A stretch of DNA of 64,000 nucleotides from positions 1 to 64,000 of IMG/VR virus record IMGVR_UViG_3300020157_000001. One strand, 5' to 3'. A model generated the notes under the pieces. That model was not told the origin of the DNA. It did no database searches and was given only the letters and a program-made list of their open reading frames with translations. Below are positions 14,923-23,270 of this stretch, in pieces. The position numbers and the translations under genes are program-made. Every line of letters starts with the position of its first letter. Position 1 is the first letter of the stretch. The DNA comes from a virus.

Positions 14923-15152
14923 GCAAACGCATCAAGTTAGAAGTGTGGCAACAACCACTCACGTTTAAGGACCCCAACGTCACTACCCTCACCAAGGCTG
15001 AGCACAAGAAACTCACCAAGAGTCTGGATCACCCCCTCACGTGGAAGAAGCGTGCGGAGAAGGGCACCACCGTTCAGGCCATTAGTAAGTCTGAGACTCT
15101 TGGCTCTGGCATCAACAGTGGCATAGAGGTGTCACAGTATGGAATTGTCTAA
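14919..15152 (+). CDS. Basic hypothetical protein
   Basis: ATGA overlap. Confidence 0.55.
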   Translation: MSKRIKLEVWQQPLTFKDPNVTTLTKAEHKKLTKSLDHPLTWKKRAEKGTTVQAISKSETLGSGINSGIEVSQYGIV

Positions 15153-15300
15153 GACGGAGAAGGAGTTTGCTAACCTGTGCAAGCAGATTAGCTTGTGGCA
15201 GCACTTAGCAAACTCCTTTGAGGATATGTACAACGAAGCCCAAGCCGACCTACTATCTGCTCTAGGAATCATTAAGGAGATAACTAATGAAACAGAGTGA
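15139..15300 (+). CDS. Small helical hypothetical protein (53 aa)
   Basis: GAGG RBS; fills the gap in a coupled chain. Confidence 0.5.
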   Translation: MELSKTEKEFANLCKQISLWQHLANSFEDMYNEAQADLLSALGIIKEITNETE

Positions 15301-15433
15301 CTGGCCGGTATATACCTGTTCGATATGTGGTCAAACCATATCAGCACCCACTAAGTACGCACCTAGTTGCGAACACGTGGGCACAACACATTCCGCACAC
15401 AAGTTGACTGTTATGAGGCAACTAGAGAAGTGA
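15287..15433 (+). CDS. Zn-finger-like microprotein (48 aa)
   Basis: AAGGAG RBS; CSICG...CEH...H. Confidence 0.55.
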   Translation: MKQSDWPVYTCSICGQTISAPTKYAPSCEHVGTTHSAHKLTVMRQLEK

Positions 15434-15523
15434 GGTACTTGTACCAATGGCAGGTACGAGTAGAGAATCGAATATCATTGATAGTCCATACATTGGCTAA
15501 ACACACTAGAAGGAGCACAAGTC

Positions 15524-15775
15524 GTGGCAACAAAGAAATATAACCCAGAAGAGCAGAAGTGGCCTAAGAAGAACCCTGCTATCACAGGTAAGCATTGGGA
15601 CGTAGAGGACGTTGGCAAGGTGACCAGTTACGACACGGTACAGCAGCACCGTGACGGTACGTGGGTCGTGGAGTACATGGTCGGCAAGACAATGACCATC
15701 GGCTTCATGCCTCTTGACGAGTTCTTCGACAAGAGCACCCTGTTATCCCCATGGCTAGGCAAGAGAGTTTCGTGA
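15524..15775 (+). CDS. Hypothetical protein
   Basis: AAGGAG RBS, GTG start. Confidence 0.65.
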   Translation: MATKKYNPEEQKWPKKNPAITGKHWDVEDVGKVTSYDTVQQHRDGTWVVEYMVGKTMTIGFMPLDEFFDKSTLLSPWLGKRVS

Positions 15776-15981
15776 CCTTCGTTGAGGGTGCCAAGGGCTT
15801 GACCTTGGTGGGGGGCAAGACAAGAGCGAAGCGTATCAAAGGCCGTCATACCCCTTGGGGCATATGCTGGGTGATGGAATCGCCCCACTCAGATACCTAT
15901 CCAGCAGGTGACCCCTGCATGAACGACCGTGAAACGCTAGTGGAGATCATCAACTGGCAGAGAGAGGAAGGGTGCTCATAA
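15772..15981 (+). CDS. Hypothetical protein
   Basis: GTGA overlap. Confidence 0.5.
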   Translation: MTFVEGAKGLTLVGGKTRAKRIKGRHTPWGICWVMESPHSDTYPAGDPCMNDRETLVEIINWQREEGCS

Positions 15982-16280
15982 TGTGGTATAGTACTGAGGA
16001 CACATATGATACAGGTAACACCGAGGCCCATTATAGCTACGGTGACACCTTCCATAGGTTGCATATTGAGAAGTCCGGTCACGGAAAATGGCTGGTGCTC
16101 ATATGCGTGAAGTCACCACCGCGAGATGAGTTAGGAAACTTCTCTTTCGACTTCTGGCCTGACGACGACGAATGCCGTTACACCATTAAGGCATCCTCAT
16201 ACCTAAAGTCCAAAGCATCGGCACGTGAATATGCCAAAGCTATGGACGTATTCTGTTACACCAATGATGATCCGTCGTAG
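15981..16280 (+). CDS. Hypothetical protein
   Basis: TAATG overlap. Confidence 0.55.
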   Translation: MWYSTEDTYDTGNTEAHYSYGDTFHRLHIEKSGHGKWLVLICVKSPPRDELGNFSFDFWPDDDECRYTIKASSYLKSKASAREYAKAMDVFCYTNDDPS

Positions 16281-16357
16281 GAACATACATATGTGTCACT
16301 AACAGTAAAGATACGCACATGCCGTGTGCATATCCTAAACAAAGGAATAACGAATAA

Positions 16358-16765
16358 ATGCTAAAGAAGATTGTAGTTACCGCAGTACTTGCTAGCACGT
16401 TAGGAATGCCGCTGGCATCGCCAGCGCAAGCAGTAAGTTCATTCCCATCTGTTGAGCAGCGTCAGGCGTGGGAAATGCCCACAGTCCGTACCTGCTACAA
16501 CAAAGAGTTAGTCACACTGGCATACTACGCAGGCTGGGAACCTAAGGACATCCCCAAGGTCATGCGTATCATGTACCGAGAGAGCCGCTGTACGGCTACT
16601 GCTCGCAGTCGTACACACGATTCGGGTCTCATGCAGATCAATGACTGTAACTTGAAGTGGCTTCACACTACTTCAGCAGCATTGATGGACCCCTTCACCA
16701 ACCTGTATGCAGCACACCTTGTATACGTTCGTCAAGGGTGGAAGGCTTGGCGAGTTAAAGGATAA
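16358..16765 (+). CDS. Secreted lytic transglycosylase (SLT domain)
   Basis: Signal peptide ending AQA; MYRESRC (catalytic Glu), DSGLMQIN, DPFTNL, GWKAW. Confidence 0.88.
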   Translation: MLKKIVVTAVLASTLGMPLASPAQAVSSFPSVEQRQAWEMPTVRTCYNKELVTLAYYAGWEPKDIPKVMRIMYRESRCTATARSRTHDSGLMQINDCNLKWLHTTSAALMDPFTNLYAAHLVYVRQGWKAWRVKG

Positions 16766-16888
16766 GGAGTTTGCGGGTCGGGGCATCACGGATGGTGTAT
16801 TATCTGTGAATGTCCCCTCTTCCCCTAATCCTGTACGTAGGTTCAGTCTTACTGTTCCTATACGTATGTAGTAAGATACCTAATGACT

Positions 16889-16918
16889 AGAGGGAGGGGG
16901 GTCTTCCCCTCCCTCTTT
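16889..16918 (+). terminator. Terminator-like hairpin
   Basis: AGAGGGAGGGG-GGTCTT-CCCCTCCCTCT followed by a short T run. Confidence 0.5.
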
Positions 16919-16937
16919 CATATCCTAAGGAGCAATA

Positions 16938-17420
16938 ATGATACCTAAGAAGCACAGTCTCATAATCATTGGATCTGTCGGTGTAGCTGTGCTGTGCGTG
17001 GCTCTGTGGGTGTGTTCGGGGTCGCCTAAGACTTCGTGCAGTCCCCCTCCTTCGGTTATCCCTACCACTACAACGTGGAAGGTGCTCCCGACTACCACTA
17101 CGGCAGCTACCACTACCACCACCAGTGTCCCTGAGACGACTACCACAACGATCAAGAAGAAGACCGTCAGTACTCCCGTATCGACTACCACTACAAGCAC
17201 CACAACTACGGTTGTAGTGGATGTCGGTACCCCACCGACCGTTCCAACCACGACAACGACTACGTTGCCTCCTCCAACTACCACCACCCCCGATACAACG
17301 CTTCCTCCTCCCACTACGACGAGCACCACAGTGCCTCGTAAGGATGATGACGACAAAGATGATGGTCATACCAAGTACGGATTCCACCACAAGGTTGTGA
17401 AGCACAAGCGTTTCTCGTAG
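16938..17420 (+). CDS. Thr/Pro-rich (mucin-like) membrane-anchored protein
   Basis: AAGGAG RBS; N-terminal TM helix; long TTTT/PP tracts. Confidence 0.75.
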   Translation: MIPKKHSLIIIGSVGVAVLCVALWVCSGSPKTSCSPPPSVIPTTTTWKVLPTTTTAATTTTTSVPETTTTTIKKKTVSTPVSTTTTSTTTTVVVDVGTPPTVPTTTTTTLPPPTTTTPDTTLPPPTTTSTTVPRKDDDDKDDGHTKYGFHHKVVKHKRFS

Positions 17421-17446
17421 GCTGTAGTTACAGCCCCCGAATACAG

Positions 17447-17472
17447 GAAGGGGGGCCGCAAGGCCCCCCTTC
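17447..17472. terminator. Strong hairpin near the convergence of the two arms
   Basis: GAAGGGGGGCC-GCAA-GGCCCCCCTTC. Confidence 0.7.
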
Positions 17473-17494
17473 TCATATCATATGAAAGATTAGA

Positions 17495-17650
17495 GTGTCG
17501 TTACCGCTGGTTAAGCCGATAGTAGAAGTGCCCCATGGATTGAAGCGCTACCGTCACAGAATGCATAAGTGCAGGTGTGAGGTATGCCGCAAGGAATGGG
17601 CTAACTACATCAAGGGATACCGACTCACCAAGAGGAAGCGTAAGTACTGA
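17495..17650 (+). CDS. Small basic Zn-finger protein (HG...Y...CRCxxCR type)
   Basis: PHGLKRYRHRMHKCRCEVCRKEWANY, a motif common in actinobacterial phages. Confidence 0.6.
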   Translation: MSLPLVKPIVEVPHGLKRYRHRMHKCRCEVCRKEWANYIKGYRLTKRKRKY

Positions 17651-17656
17651 GGAAGT

Positions 17657-18754
17657 TCAGCGAGGCTTCAAGCTCTCAAGATAGCCGATGAGCTTTGCGG
17701 CCCCGACAGCGATATCCCTAGTCTTTACATTCTCCAGCAATGCTTCCTGATTCTCCTTACGGAAGGATGGGTCACGAAGACGGTTGATGTTAGAGATCCA
17801 ATGAGAAGCTTTCTTGGCGAGAAGGAATCCCTGCACCCCTCCCGTACTCCAATCCTTGTAAAGGTCTGAGTATGAGGGCATATGGGCAGCAACAAATGGT
17901 ATTCCAGAGGCTGCGTACTCCAGCCCCTTCAGGTCACTCTTGGCCTCGTTAAAGGGGACATCGTGAAGTGGTACGAGACCAACCTCAAAGTCAAGAATTT
18001 CTGGGTACCTGTCAGAGTTGCGACGAGGGGATAGCCTATGAACAAGAGAGTCAGGTATTCCAAGCTGGGAAGCAAATGAAGGAGCGCCTTCACCATCGCC
18101 AGCGTGGACTATTTTGATATCACCACGCTCAGCCATAGGTCCCAATACCCCTTTGAGGGTCTCAACGTCACCACTACGGTGTTGGGTAGATCCAACCCAA
18201 CCAACCTCTGGGCAGGTCGTGTCGGTGATACTAACCGGATTAAACCTATCAACTTGAACATAGTTAGGTATAACTGTGACTGGAACTATTCCAGACGATG
18301 GGACTCTAGAACCTAGAAACGGTGTGCTTACAGTGATATAAGAGGACTTAACGATACTGTTCTTATAAAACGTCGTGTTCTCAACAGAGTTTACCTTTGG
18401 ATGGGTATTAAGGAATGCCATGTTACGGGTGCTAAGCCCCCAATACCAGTCGTCCACGTCGTTGACAACTATCTGCCCAGCCTTACGCGCTCGGACGTAC
18501 AAGTCACCTAGGGTTCCGTGCATGAGACGTTGAACATACACGATGTCGGGAGCGAGCCTCCTACCCTCAGCAAACTCAACCTCTATGTGCGTACCAGCAT
18601 CTACCATGGTACCGCTTACCGCAAAGTGTCCAGCGGCGCGAATAAAGGGCATGTACTGACCAATACGTACATGGCCACTACCACCCCACTGCTCTAACCA
18701 GTCTCCCGACTTATCAGCGCGTACATGGTCTGCCGCTACTACACCTATAATCAT
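17657..18754 (-). CDS. Glycosyltransferase, GT-B fold (GT4-like)
   Basis: VNDVDDWYW, ITVSTPFL, VGWVGS, FNEAKSDLKGLEYAASGIPFVA. Confidence 0.88.
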   Translation of the reverse strand: MIIGVVAADHVRADKSGDWLEQWGGSGHVRIGQYMPFIRAAGHFAVSGTMVDAGTHIEVEFAEGRRLAPDIVYVQRLMHGTLGDLYVRARKAGQIVVNDVDDWYWGLSTRNMAFLNTHPKVNSVENTTFYKNSIVKSSYITVSTPFLGSRVPSSGIVPVTVIPNYVQVDRFNPVSITDTTCPEVGWVGSTQHRSGDVETLKGVLGPMAERGDIKIVHAGDGEGAPSFASQLGIPDSLVHRLSPRRNSDRYPEILDFEVGLVPLHDVPFNEAKSDLKGLEYAASGIPFVAAHMPSYSDLYKDWSTGGVQGFLLAKKASHWISNINRLRDPSFRKENQEALLENVKTRDIAVGAAKLIGYLESLKPR

Positions 18755-19119
18755 CCTGCAAGCTCCTTACGCATTTCTTTAATCATGGGCTTTCGTTCTT
18801 TCTCATCAAGTCCTCCCCAGATACCGAACTCTTGCTCAGTAACAATGGAGAACTTTTGACATGCATCGACTACGGGGCATTGCCTGCACAGCGCCTTGCA
18901 TTCTTCCTTGGTTGCTGCTGCTCCTGAGAAGAAGTCAAGCTTGGGATGGGTAGCACAGATCCCATGGTCAATGAAATCCCAGTTAGCAATCTCCCAGTTC
19001 TTGAGACGGGGGAGCTGAACTCCAAGTTCTGCTCCGTCAGAAACGGGTACGGATACGAGGGGGCGGGGGGCTACAATCATGCTGGCATCGTACTCCACCA
19101 TGAGTGACATTTCAACCAC
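18751..19119 (-). CDS. whiB: WhiB-family Fe-S transcription factor
   Basis: C...CRQCPVVDAC...GIWGGL. Confidence 0.92.
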   Translation of the reverse strand: MVEMSLMVEYDASMIVAPRPLVSVPVSDGAELGVQLPRLKNWEIANWDFIDHGICATHPKLDFFSGAAATKEECKALCRQCPVVDACQKFSIVTEQEFGIWGGLDEKERKPMIKEMRKELAG

Positions 19120-19480
19120 TCTTCTTACGAATAGAGATAACTGAGATGCTCACACGTAGAGACTTTATGTCTATTGGTACTGCACTATCGTGGTTAGGGA
19201 TACTGACCGATATCTGCTTAGTTGTGAGAGAACGACGAGGAGAGGTATACGGTATCTTGCGGAATCTCTCCTGCGGGGCGCGCCCACCCCACATACCGTA
19301 TTCCTCTTCCGCACCAAGCAGATCGCATTCCTTACGTATGGAACATTCGGCGCATACCATACGGGCAATATCGTAATACTGGTTGTGAGAGGCACGGGTA
19401 GCAGGCTCATCTCCATACTGCGGAGGGAACCATAGATCCATATGCTTACCTTTGCAAGCTGCCTCGTCAAGCCAAGCCAC
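19112..19480 (-). CDS. whiB: WhiB-family Fe-S transcription factor (second copy)
   Basis: WLDEAAC...WFP...CAECSIRKEC...GMWGG. Confidence 0.92.
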   Translation of the reverse strand: MAWLDEAACKGKHMDLWFPPQYGDEPATRASHNQYYDIARMVCAECSIRKECDLLGAEEEYGMWGGRAPQERFRKIPYTSPRRSLTTKQISVSIPNHDSAVPIDIKSLRVSISVISIRKKSG

Positions 19481-19482
19481 TA

Positions 19483-20073
19483 TTAGATAAGCCCGATTGA
19501 TTCGGCTAGCTCTTCGTGCATCTTGAGGTACTGCACCTTGGCCTTGTGAGGAGACAAACCCTTACCTAAGATGGGGCGTTCTGCCCTCTCCTTGAGATAC
19601 ACGTATACGTCTGCACGCTTGACGTATCCCCAATCCCTCTCAAACCCCTCAAAGTCTGTTTTGCCTACCGGCCCAAGCACTCCAATAGCTGTGAAGAAGG
19701 AGTACTCAAGAGTCTTCTCAAGGTCGTGCATCGACTCTGCTATAAAGTCCCCAGTGTCAACTAGCAGGAGGTGTTTATGGGGAGATGGGATATCCCCGAT
19801 AATGGATTCCATATCATCGTGGTGGAGGCCAAGGAACTGTACCAGTTCGCTGGCCCCCCAACTACGAAGAGTCTTAGCCACCCGAACAGCGTGCTCAGCA
19901 ACTGAGTAGAAGTTCTCAATATGACCATTGAATCGGCATATGTTAGAAAGTGACTGTGCAATGGTTTCGATATTATATGACCACGTTGATGTGTTCAGAA
20001 TATCGAAGTACGTGTTGTCTACGAGACTGATCGCTGTTTTGCTCAATGGTTCTCCTAAACGGAACTCAACCAT
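19483..20073 (-). CDS. HD-domain phosphohydrolase (YfbR/YfdR-like deoxynucleotidase)
   Basis: IAQSLSNICRFNGH...YSVAEH...LHHDDMESIIGDIPSP; start codon uncertain. Confidence 0.85.
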   Translation of the reverse strand: MVEFRLGEPLSKTAISLVDNTYFDILNTSTWSYNIETIAQSLSNICRFNGHIENFYSVAEHAVRVAKTLRSWGASELVQFLGLHHDDMESIIGDIPSPHKHLLLVDTGDFIAESMHDLEKTLEYSFFTAIGVLGPVGKTDFEGFERDWGYVKRADVYVYLKERAERPILGKGLSPHKAKVQYLKMHEELAESIGLI

Positions 20074-20096
20074 AAGAGATTCCAGCGTTGGAGCTA

Positions 20097-20486
20097 TCAC
20101 GAAGGAATGTCGTGGGTATGAGTGATGACATCCCAACCACAGGCTGCGTACCCTGCGAGGTCTGCCCAGTGATCCTTCTTCTCAGGTGACCAGCGGATAC
20201 GGCTGACCTTGACGAGGGCGATCATTACTGCAACATCGTGAGGCTCAAAGAACGTACCCAAGTAAGCGCCCCACAGGTCTGCTGTGCGACGGAAGTCCTC
20301 AATGGGGTCACCATACTGCACGTTACGATCACCGTTGACATACTCATTGGCTGTACGGAGGATATCTTCACGGGGGTTCATCGGCTCGTCTACAGACGAT
20401 TCCAGAACATCTTTAATCAAGTCATCCAAGGCACCGCCAAGGATCTCCTCGGTGGTGAATGTGACAGGGGTAGCTTTACGTGCCAT
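20097..20486 (-). CDS. DUF6378-like protein (nucleotide-metabolism-associated)
   Basis: GDRNVQYGDP..DF..TADLW...VKVSR...DHWADLAGYAACG. Confidence 0.7.
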   Translation of the reverse strand: MARKATPVTFTTEEILGGALDDLIKDVLESSVDEPMNPREDILRTANEYVNGDRNVQYGDPIEDFRRTADLWGAYLGTFFEPHDVAVMIALVKVSRIRWSPEKKDHWADLAGYAACGWDVITHTHDIPS

Positions 20487-20516
20487 ATGATGCTCCTAGT
20501 TTTCGGCAATAGTGTA

Positions 20517-20546
20517 ATCATATACCGTCAACTAGTGCTCAGTCAA
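20517..20546 (-). promoter_or_regulatory. Putative SigA-type promoter
   Basis: TTGACT-N18-TATGAT upstream of 20486. Confidence 0.5.
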
Positions 20547-21984
20547 GAACGTCGGCATCTAATATCGGACGCATAAGAGCGTCCACTTGTTCCTCGGTCA
20601 TAGGGTTTGAAACCATCTTGGATTGCTCTCCAGCCTTAGCCCCGAAGATACGGCTGAGTACCCCTGAGCCGCCCCTTGCTTCCATCTCAAATCGAACCAT
20701 ATCGCGAGTGTCAGCGATATCTTTGGATGCCTGAATAAGACGGAACAATCTGTCCATCTCCGCCGAAAGAGTGGGGTCCATACCTTGACCCTCAAGCTCT
20801 TCTGCGAACCTAGCGAACATGACTCGGCTCGTCTGCATCTCAATAATGGCCCGAACTACAGCGTGAAGTTGGTCCTTGGTACGAAGCTCAATAGGGAGCT
20901 TAAAGGCACATTCTGCATGTGCCATAAACTTAGGGCAACGGGGTGCGAGATAACAGCTATCACAGTTCCTAAGAACCTGCCCTGTAGTGCGTATCAAATT
21001 GACTGGTTCTGGATCAAACCCTTGTGTTTGCTGGTCCGAATCTATATCGGCACCCGTATGAACCATGGTCTCGATACCCATCACGGGTAGCAGTATTTTG
21101 TCACCTTCGTGCCGGGTCTGAGGGGGTACGATAGCAGTATCAGTACCCCCTAAAGCCACCTTATTGCGGGAGTGCGGAATACTCGCGATAGCTGGTATCG
21201 GGGCACTTTCCTCGTCTCCGAACTCATCTTCGTCGGAGTCATCCATGGGGTCATAGGCCGAAGTTTGGGTAGCCCCGAAGTTGTGCATCTCCCATTCCAG
21301 CCACGATCTGACTGACAGTTTTGCCACTTCATTTACGTCATCCTCTAGAACTGCGTCGTAATCAATACCCAATCGAACCATATCGGCTCGGTGCTTCTTA
21401 CGGGATGAATCCTTTTGCTGAGCGGGGTACCGCCGGAGGCCGTGACCATCCCAGACCTGCGTCTCCCCGTATCGGACAACTGATGTCCATGACGATACGA
21501 TAACAGTATCCCATGCAATAGCTTCGATAGTGTCAGCCTTGCTGGTAATGCCGATGAGGGACGCCCCCCACCGATGCTGCAACTGCTTAACCCTTGAGAT
21601 GGTCTTACTGGTAAGGGAATCGTCAGGTATGGCTACTCGTCCATACTTCTCCATAAGGAATGCAAGACGCTCTTGGTCTTGGGGGTCGTTCCACAGCGGG
21701 TAGTACTTATCCCCGAGCCAATCACCGTTGTAGTCTTTACGACCAATGATGATGTCCAGCTCTGATTCGTGGACGCGGATGAACTCGTCATAAGCCGCCA
21801 CATTCTCGTCATTAGGGGAGGTATAAAGGTATATGTCAGCCCCCCCTAACATATCCTTAAGCTTCAATTCCTTGGTCTTAGGTATGTTGAGCTGAGTAAG
21901 GTTTACGGCTATGCGCTTAACCCCGTTACCCACAAGGATGCTGCGATAGCTACCCTTTTCACCCCCGGATAGAACTACCCTCAT
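20539..21984 (-). CDS. Degenerate TGT/DpdA-like barrel with a Cys4 Zn site and helical C-terminus
   Basis: YYPLWN...YGRVAI...LIGIT...VSSWTSVVRYG aligns by eye to TGT-like motifs; CDSCYLAPRC...C. Confidence 0.4.
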   Translation of the reverse strand: MRVVLSGGEKGSYRSILVGNGVKRIAVNLTQLNIPKTKELKLKDMLGGADIYLYTSPNDENVAAYDEFIRVHESELDIIIGRKDYNGDWLGDKYYPLWNDPQDQERLAFLMEKYGRVAIPDDSLTSKTISRVKQLQHRWGASLIGITSKADTIEAIAWDTVIVSSWTSVVRYGETQVWDGHGLRRYPAQQKDSSRKKHRADMVRLGIDYDAVLEDDVNEVAKLSVRSWLEWEMHNFGATQTSAYDPMDDSDEDEFGDEESAPIPAIASIPHSRNKVALGGTDTAIVPPQTRHEGDKILLPVMGIETMVHTGADIDSDQQTQGFDPEPVNLIRTTGQVLRNCDSCYLAPRCPKFMAHAECAFKLPIELRTKDQLHAVVRAIIEMQTSRVMFARFAEELEGQGMDPTLSAEMDRLFRLIQASKDIADTRDMVRFEMEARGGSGVLSRIFGAKAGEQSKMVSNPMTEEQVDALMRPILDADVLD

Positions 21985-22469
21985 ACGTCATCCTCATTCC
22001 AGTTAGACCAAGACTTCTGCGCTCTGCGAAGGTTCTGCCTATCGGCTTCCTCTACTAGTTCAGCCCAAGGAGTAATAGGCTTCTCGGTTTCCCACTCGGG
22101 GCGAATGGTGTATGGAGCGCCCATAAGAAGGCTAGGGATACCCTTAGAGATGGTTAGAGCAACCGTACGAGGGTCAGTATCTACATACCAGTTAGCGCGT
22201 CCGAAGGTGTTACTGAACAAATGTACCTTTTCAGCCTTGGCTGTAGGGTCTTTAGTCTCAAGAAACTGGTATGTAGAAGCCTTAAACCTCTCCCGTAATA
22301 GCCACGACTCAAAGAAGAAGGGAGGGTACTCTTCGTCGCATACGATAGCCATATTTCCACCCGTAACAGCGTGAAAGGCACGCCACAGGAACTTTCCCTC
22401 TGCATTTGGCTGACGAGACATAACATCTGGGCCGGGGTTAGCTATTACGTCGAAGTTGAATATAATCAT
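21981..22469 (-). CDS. HAD-like fold protein (degenerate motif I)
   Basis: MIIFNFDV N-terminal strand; WYVDTDP...GIPSLL resembles motif IV. Confidence 0.45.
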   Translation of the reverse strand: MIIFNFDVIANPGPDVMSRQPNAEGKFLWRAFHAVTGGNMAIVCDEEYPPFFFESWLLRERFKASTYQFLETKDPTAKAEKVHLFSNTFGRANWYVDTDPRTVALTISKGIPSLLMGAPYTIRPEWETEKPITPWAELVEEADRQNLRRAQKSWSNWNEDDV

Positions 22470-22475
22470 ACGGTA

Positions 22476-22931
22476 TTACCCGTACATACCCTTAGCTTGA
22501 CGAGCCTTGAACACGTAGTGATCTGCCGCTGGGCAGTAGTTACAGAGGTACTGGCGATTCTCTTTAGGTACACCAGTCTTGCGTCCGATAGTCTTGGACT
22601 CGTCTAACCAATCAAGGCATCCCGCCTGAGGACGACCATGCTTGTTAAAGCATTTAATAGCTTCTACCTTGAGATCATCACGTGTCTCTCTAATCCAAAC
22701 ACCCTGCTCGGACAGCTTCTTCTGCACTGCTGACTCAACGTCAATAAGGCTAGCGTCCTTATCGTCAATACGATAGACGTTAGATCTATGAGACTCTGGA
22801 CGGGGGTCCGTCGCGATGGCTAAGTGGCGCTCAATGATGTGCTTAAGCTCCATGTCATATTCGGCTTCGCCGTCGTAGTTGCTCATTCTCCAGAGAATGC
22901 CGCAGTCGTTACAGGCCAACATACGTGCCAT
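22476..22931 (-). CDS. Cys-rich hypothetical protein
   Basis: CNDC, CF..H.RP..GC, LCNYCP. Confidence 0.7.
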   Translation of the reverse strand: MARMLACNDCGILWRMSNYDGEAEYDMELKHIIERHLAIATDPRPESHRSNVYRIDDKDASLIDVESAVQKKLSEQGVWIRETRDDLKVEAIKCFNKHGRPQAGCLDWLDESKTIGRKTGVPKENRQYLCNYCPAADHYVFKARQAKGMYG

Positions 22932-22981
22932 ATCGTTATACTCCTAAATTGCAATGCGGATTGTGTTACAGGTCTTACGTA

Positions 22982-23239
22982 CTAAGCAGTAATCTGATCT
23001 GGACGATCTTCATGCGAGATGTAGTGGTTAACATGAGGAATCTTAGTGATCCGATCCGACACTGCTCGGGCGACAGAATCACTGGCCACTGCATCATAAA
23101 TAGACGCTAGTACTGGCTTGAGGAGGTCGTCGTCTGACGTAACGTCCCCACCACGGTCAGGGGTGAGACGCTTAACTGAGCCGTCAGCAATGCCCATGGA
23201 CAGTTCTTGGTTAGGACTACGAGATGTGTTTACTGCCAT
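22982..23239 (-). CDS. Hypothetical protein
   Basis: Fits the operon, ATG start. Confidence 0.6.
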   Translation of the reverse strand: MAVNTSRSPNQELSMGIADGSVKRLTPDRGGDVTSDDDLLKPVLASIYDAVASDSVARAVSDRITKIPHVNHYISHEDRPDQITA

Positions 23240-23270
23240 GGCTAATATCCTATCATACTTGTGTTGCCAA

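Noticed and set aside
16887-17405. Val-rich and Arg-rich minus-strand ORFs
   Set aside because: They are antisense shadows of the Thr-rich gene.
19483-20486. Z-genome (DatZ/MazZ/PurZ) system
   Set aside because: An HD hydrolase alone is not diagnostic and no purZ is present in the window.
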